Source: Felis catus
Lineage: Eukaryota
Direction of reading: 5' to 3'
DNA: 64,000 nt
Assembly (NCBI RefSeq): GCF_018350175.1
Contig: NC_058368.1
Span: 5,146,001-5,210,000, forward strand
The notes under the pieces are model-generated. The model made no database searches. It was not told where the DNA came from and was given only the letters and a program-made list of their open reading frames with translations. Below are positions 62,971-64,000 of the stretch, in pieces. A program made the position numbers and the translations under genes. Each line of letters begins with the position of its first letter. The first letter of the stretch is position 1.

Positions 62971-63187
62971 GGGGCGCCTGGGTGGCTCTGTCGGTTGAGC
63001 GTCCGACTTCGGCTCAGGTCGTGATCTCGCGGTCTGTGAGTTCGAGCCCCGCGTCAGGCTCTGTGCTGACATCTTGGAACCTGGGGCCTGTTTCAGATTC
63101 TGTGTCTCCCTCTTTCTCTGACCTTCCCCCGTTCATGCTCTGTCTCTCTCTGTCTCAAAAATAAACGCTAAAAAGTTTTTTTTTTTT
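62971..63187 (+). mobile_element. Can-SINE
   Basis: TSD ttaaat(g/t)gcacccatctc. Confidence 0.93.
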
Positions 63188-63189
63188 TA

Positions 63190-63960
63190 AATTGCACCCA
63201 TCTCACTTCCGCACATGCTCTCCTTCTTGACAAATGGTACCGCCATTTATCCTGTTATGGAGCACAAGTTCTCGGAGGAACCCTTCCTTGACTGCTCTCT
63301 CTCACACCCCATGTAGAACCCATCCGCAAGGCCTGCGGGTGCTTCTTTAGAAATATTGCCCCAGATAGGACCGCTTCACAGCACCCCCACGATTAAGGCT
63401 TCCGTCCAGGCGACCATCATTCGAGTTAAGTCTGCACGGGTCTCCTCACAGCTCCCTTTCGCAACCACGAAAAACCACGTATTTTTCGCAACCATAAAAG
63501 GAGCCTGATTGGTCCTTTTATGATTGAGTCAGACCATACTATGTTCCTGTGCGAATACTAAGGTGGCTTTCTACTCCTACTTGGAGTAGAGTCTAAAATG
63601 CACCATGGGAGAGGTCCTCCTGACCAGACCTGCTCCTACCAGTCTCCTCCCCTTGACCTGCACTCCAGGCACACTGCCTTCCCTGCTGTTTTTCAAATAC
63701 ACGAAACAGTCCTTGTCTAGGGACTCTGCTCTGAATCGTGGGTGTGCTTTTCTCACTGGGCTCCTCATTTCCTACATCTGAAATTGAACTCCTTGGTCAC
63801 TGTCCATGTGCTTACCTTTAATTTTGCTCTATTGCATATGTTATATATGTATTTGTTTGTTATTTGCCCCCCTGAAGAACTTGCAGTCTTCATGAGATGG
63901 GCTTTGGGTTTTGTTCACTGTTTCTGCTACAGAAAACAACTATTTGTTAAATGAACAATT
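63190..63960 (+). mobile_element. LINE-2 3' region
   Basis: cactccaggcacactgccttccctgctgtttttcaaatacac...tatttgttaaatgaa. Confidence 0.7.
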
Positions 63961-64000
63961 GGGGTTATCTGAGAACCGTATTGTAGTGGTTAAATTCCTC

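Noticed and set aside
4304..63164. Recurrent MAQSVKRPTSAQV.../MNGGGAERE... ORFs
   Set aside because: Translations of Can-SINE copies, not a gene family; the SINE heads are tRNA-derived but are not tRNA genes.
1..64000. CRISPR arrays, prokaryotic operons, rRNA/tRNA genes, intact ERV or full-length L1
   Set aside because: None seen; the sequence is mammalian intergenic/intronic DNA with fragmentary TEs.

Overview
Felid (cat-family) genomic DNA, judged from about 39 Can-SINE (SINEC_Fc-type) copies and carnivore L1s. The only gene I recognise is ATP8A2 (P4-ATPase phospholipid flippase, + strand). Its CpG-island promoter and coding exon 1 (22840-22915, MPNASRLDRALRMSLPRRSRIGSSV|G, phase-1 donor) are present, and 22916-64000 reads as its long, repeat-rich intron 1; exon 2 is not seen. 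Upstream (1-22 kb) is mostly L1/L2/SINE/LTR, but the unique gaps hold a chain of short + strand exon-like segments and a second CpG island (~10950-12300). Five segments can be spliced from a Kozak ATG (11025) to a TGA overlapping an ATTAAA signal (13535-13542), giving 117 aa. More upstream segments carry single C>T-type stops. This suggests an unrecognised or decaying (unitary pseudo)gene and is the main candidate. Other observations: a 24-nt microexon, a uORF and (GCC)10 in the ATP8A2 leader, a candidate poison exon, and several retrotransposition-associated rearrangements. Nearly all ORFs in the supplied track are repeat- or GC-derived. Repeat family names come from remembered consensus motifs and their boundaries are approximate.
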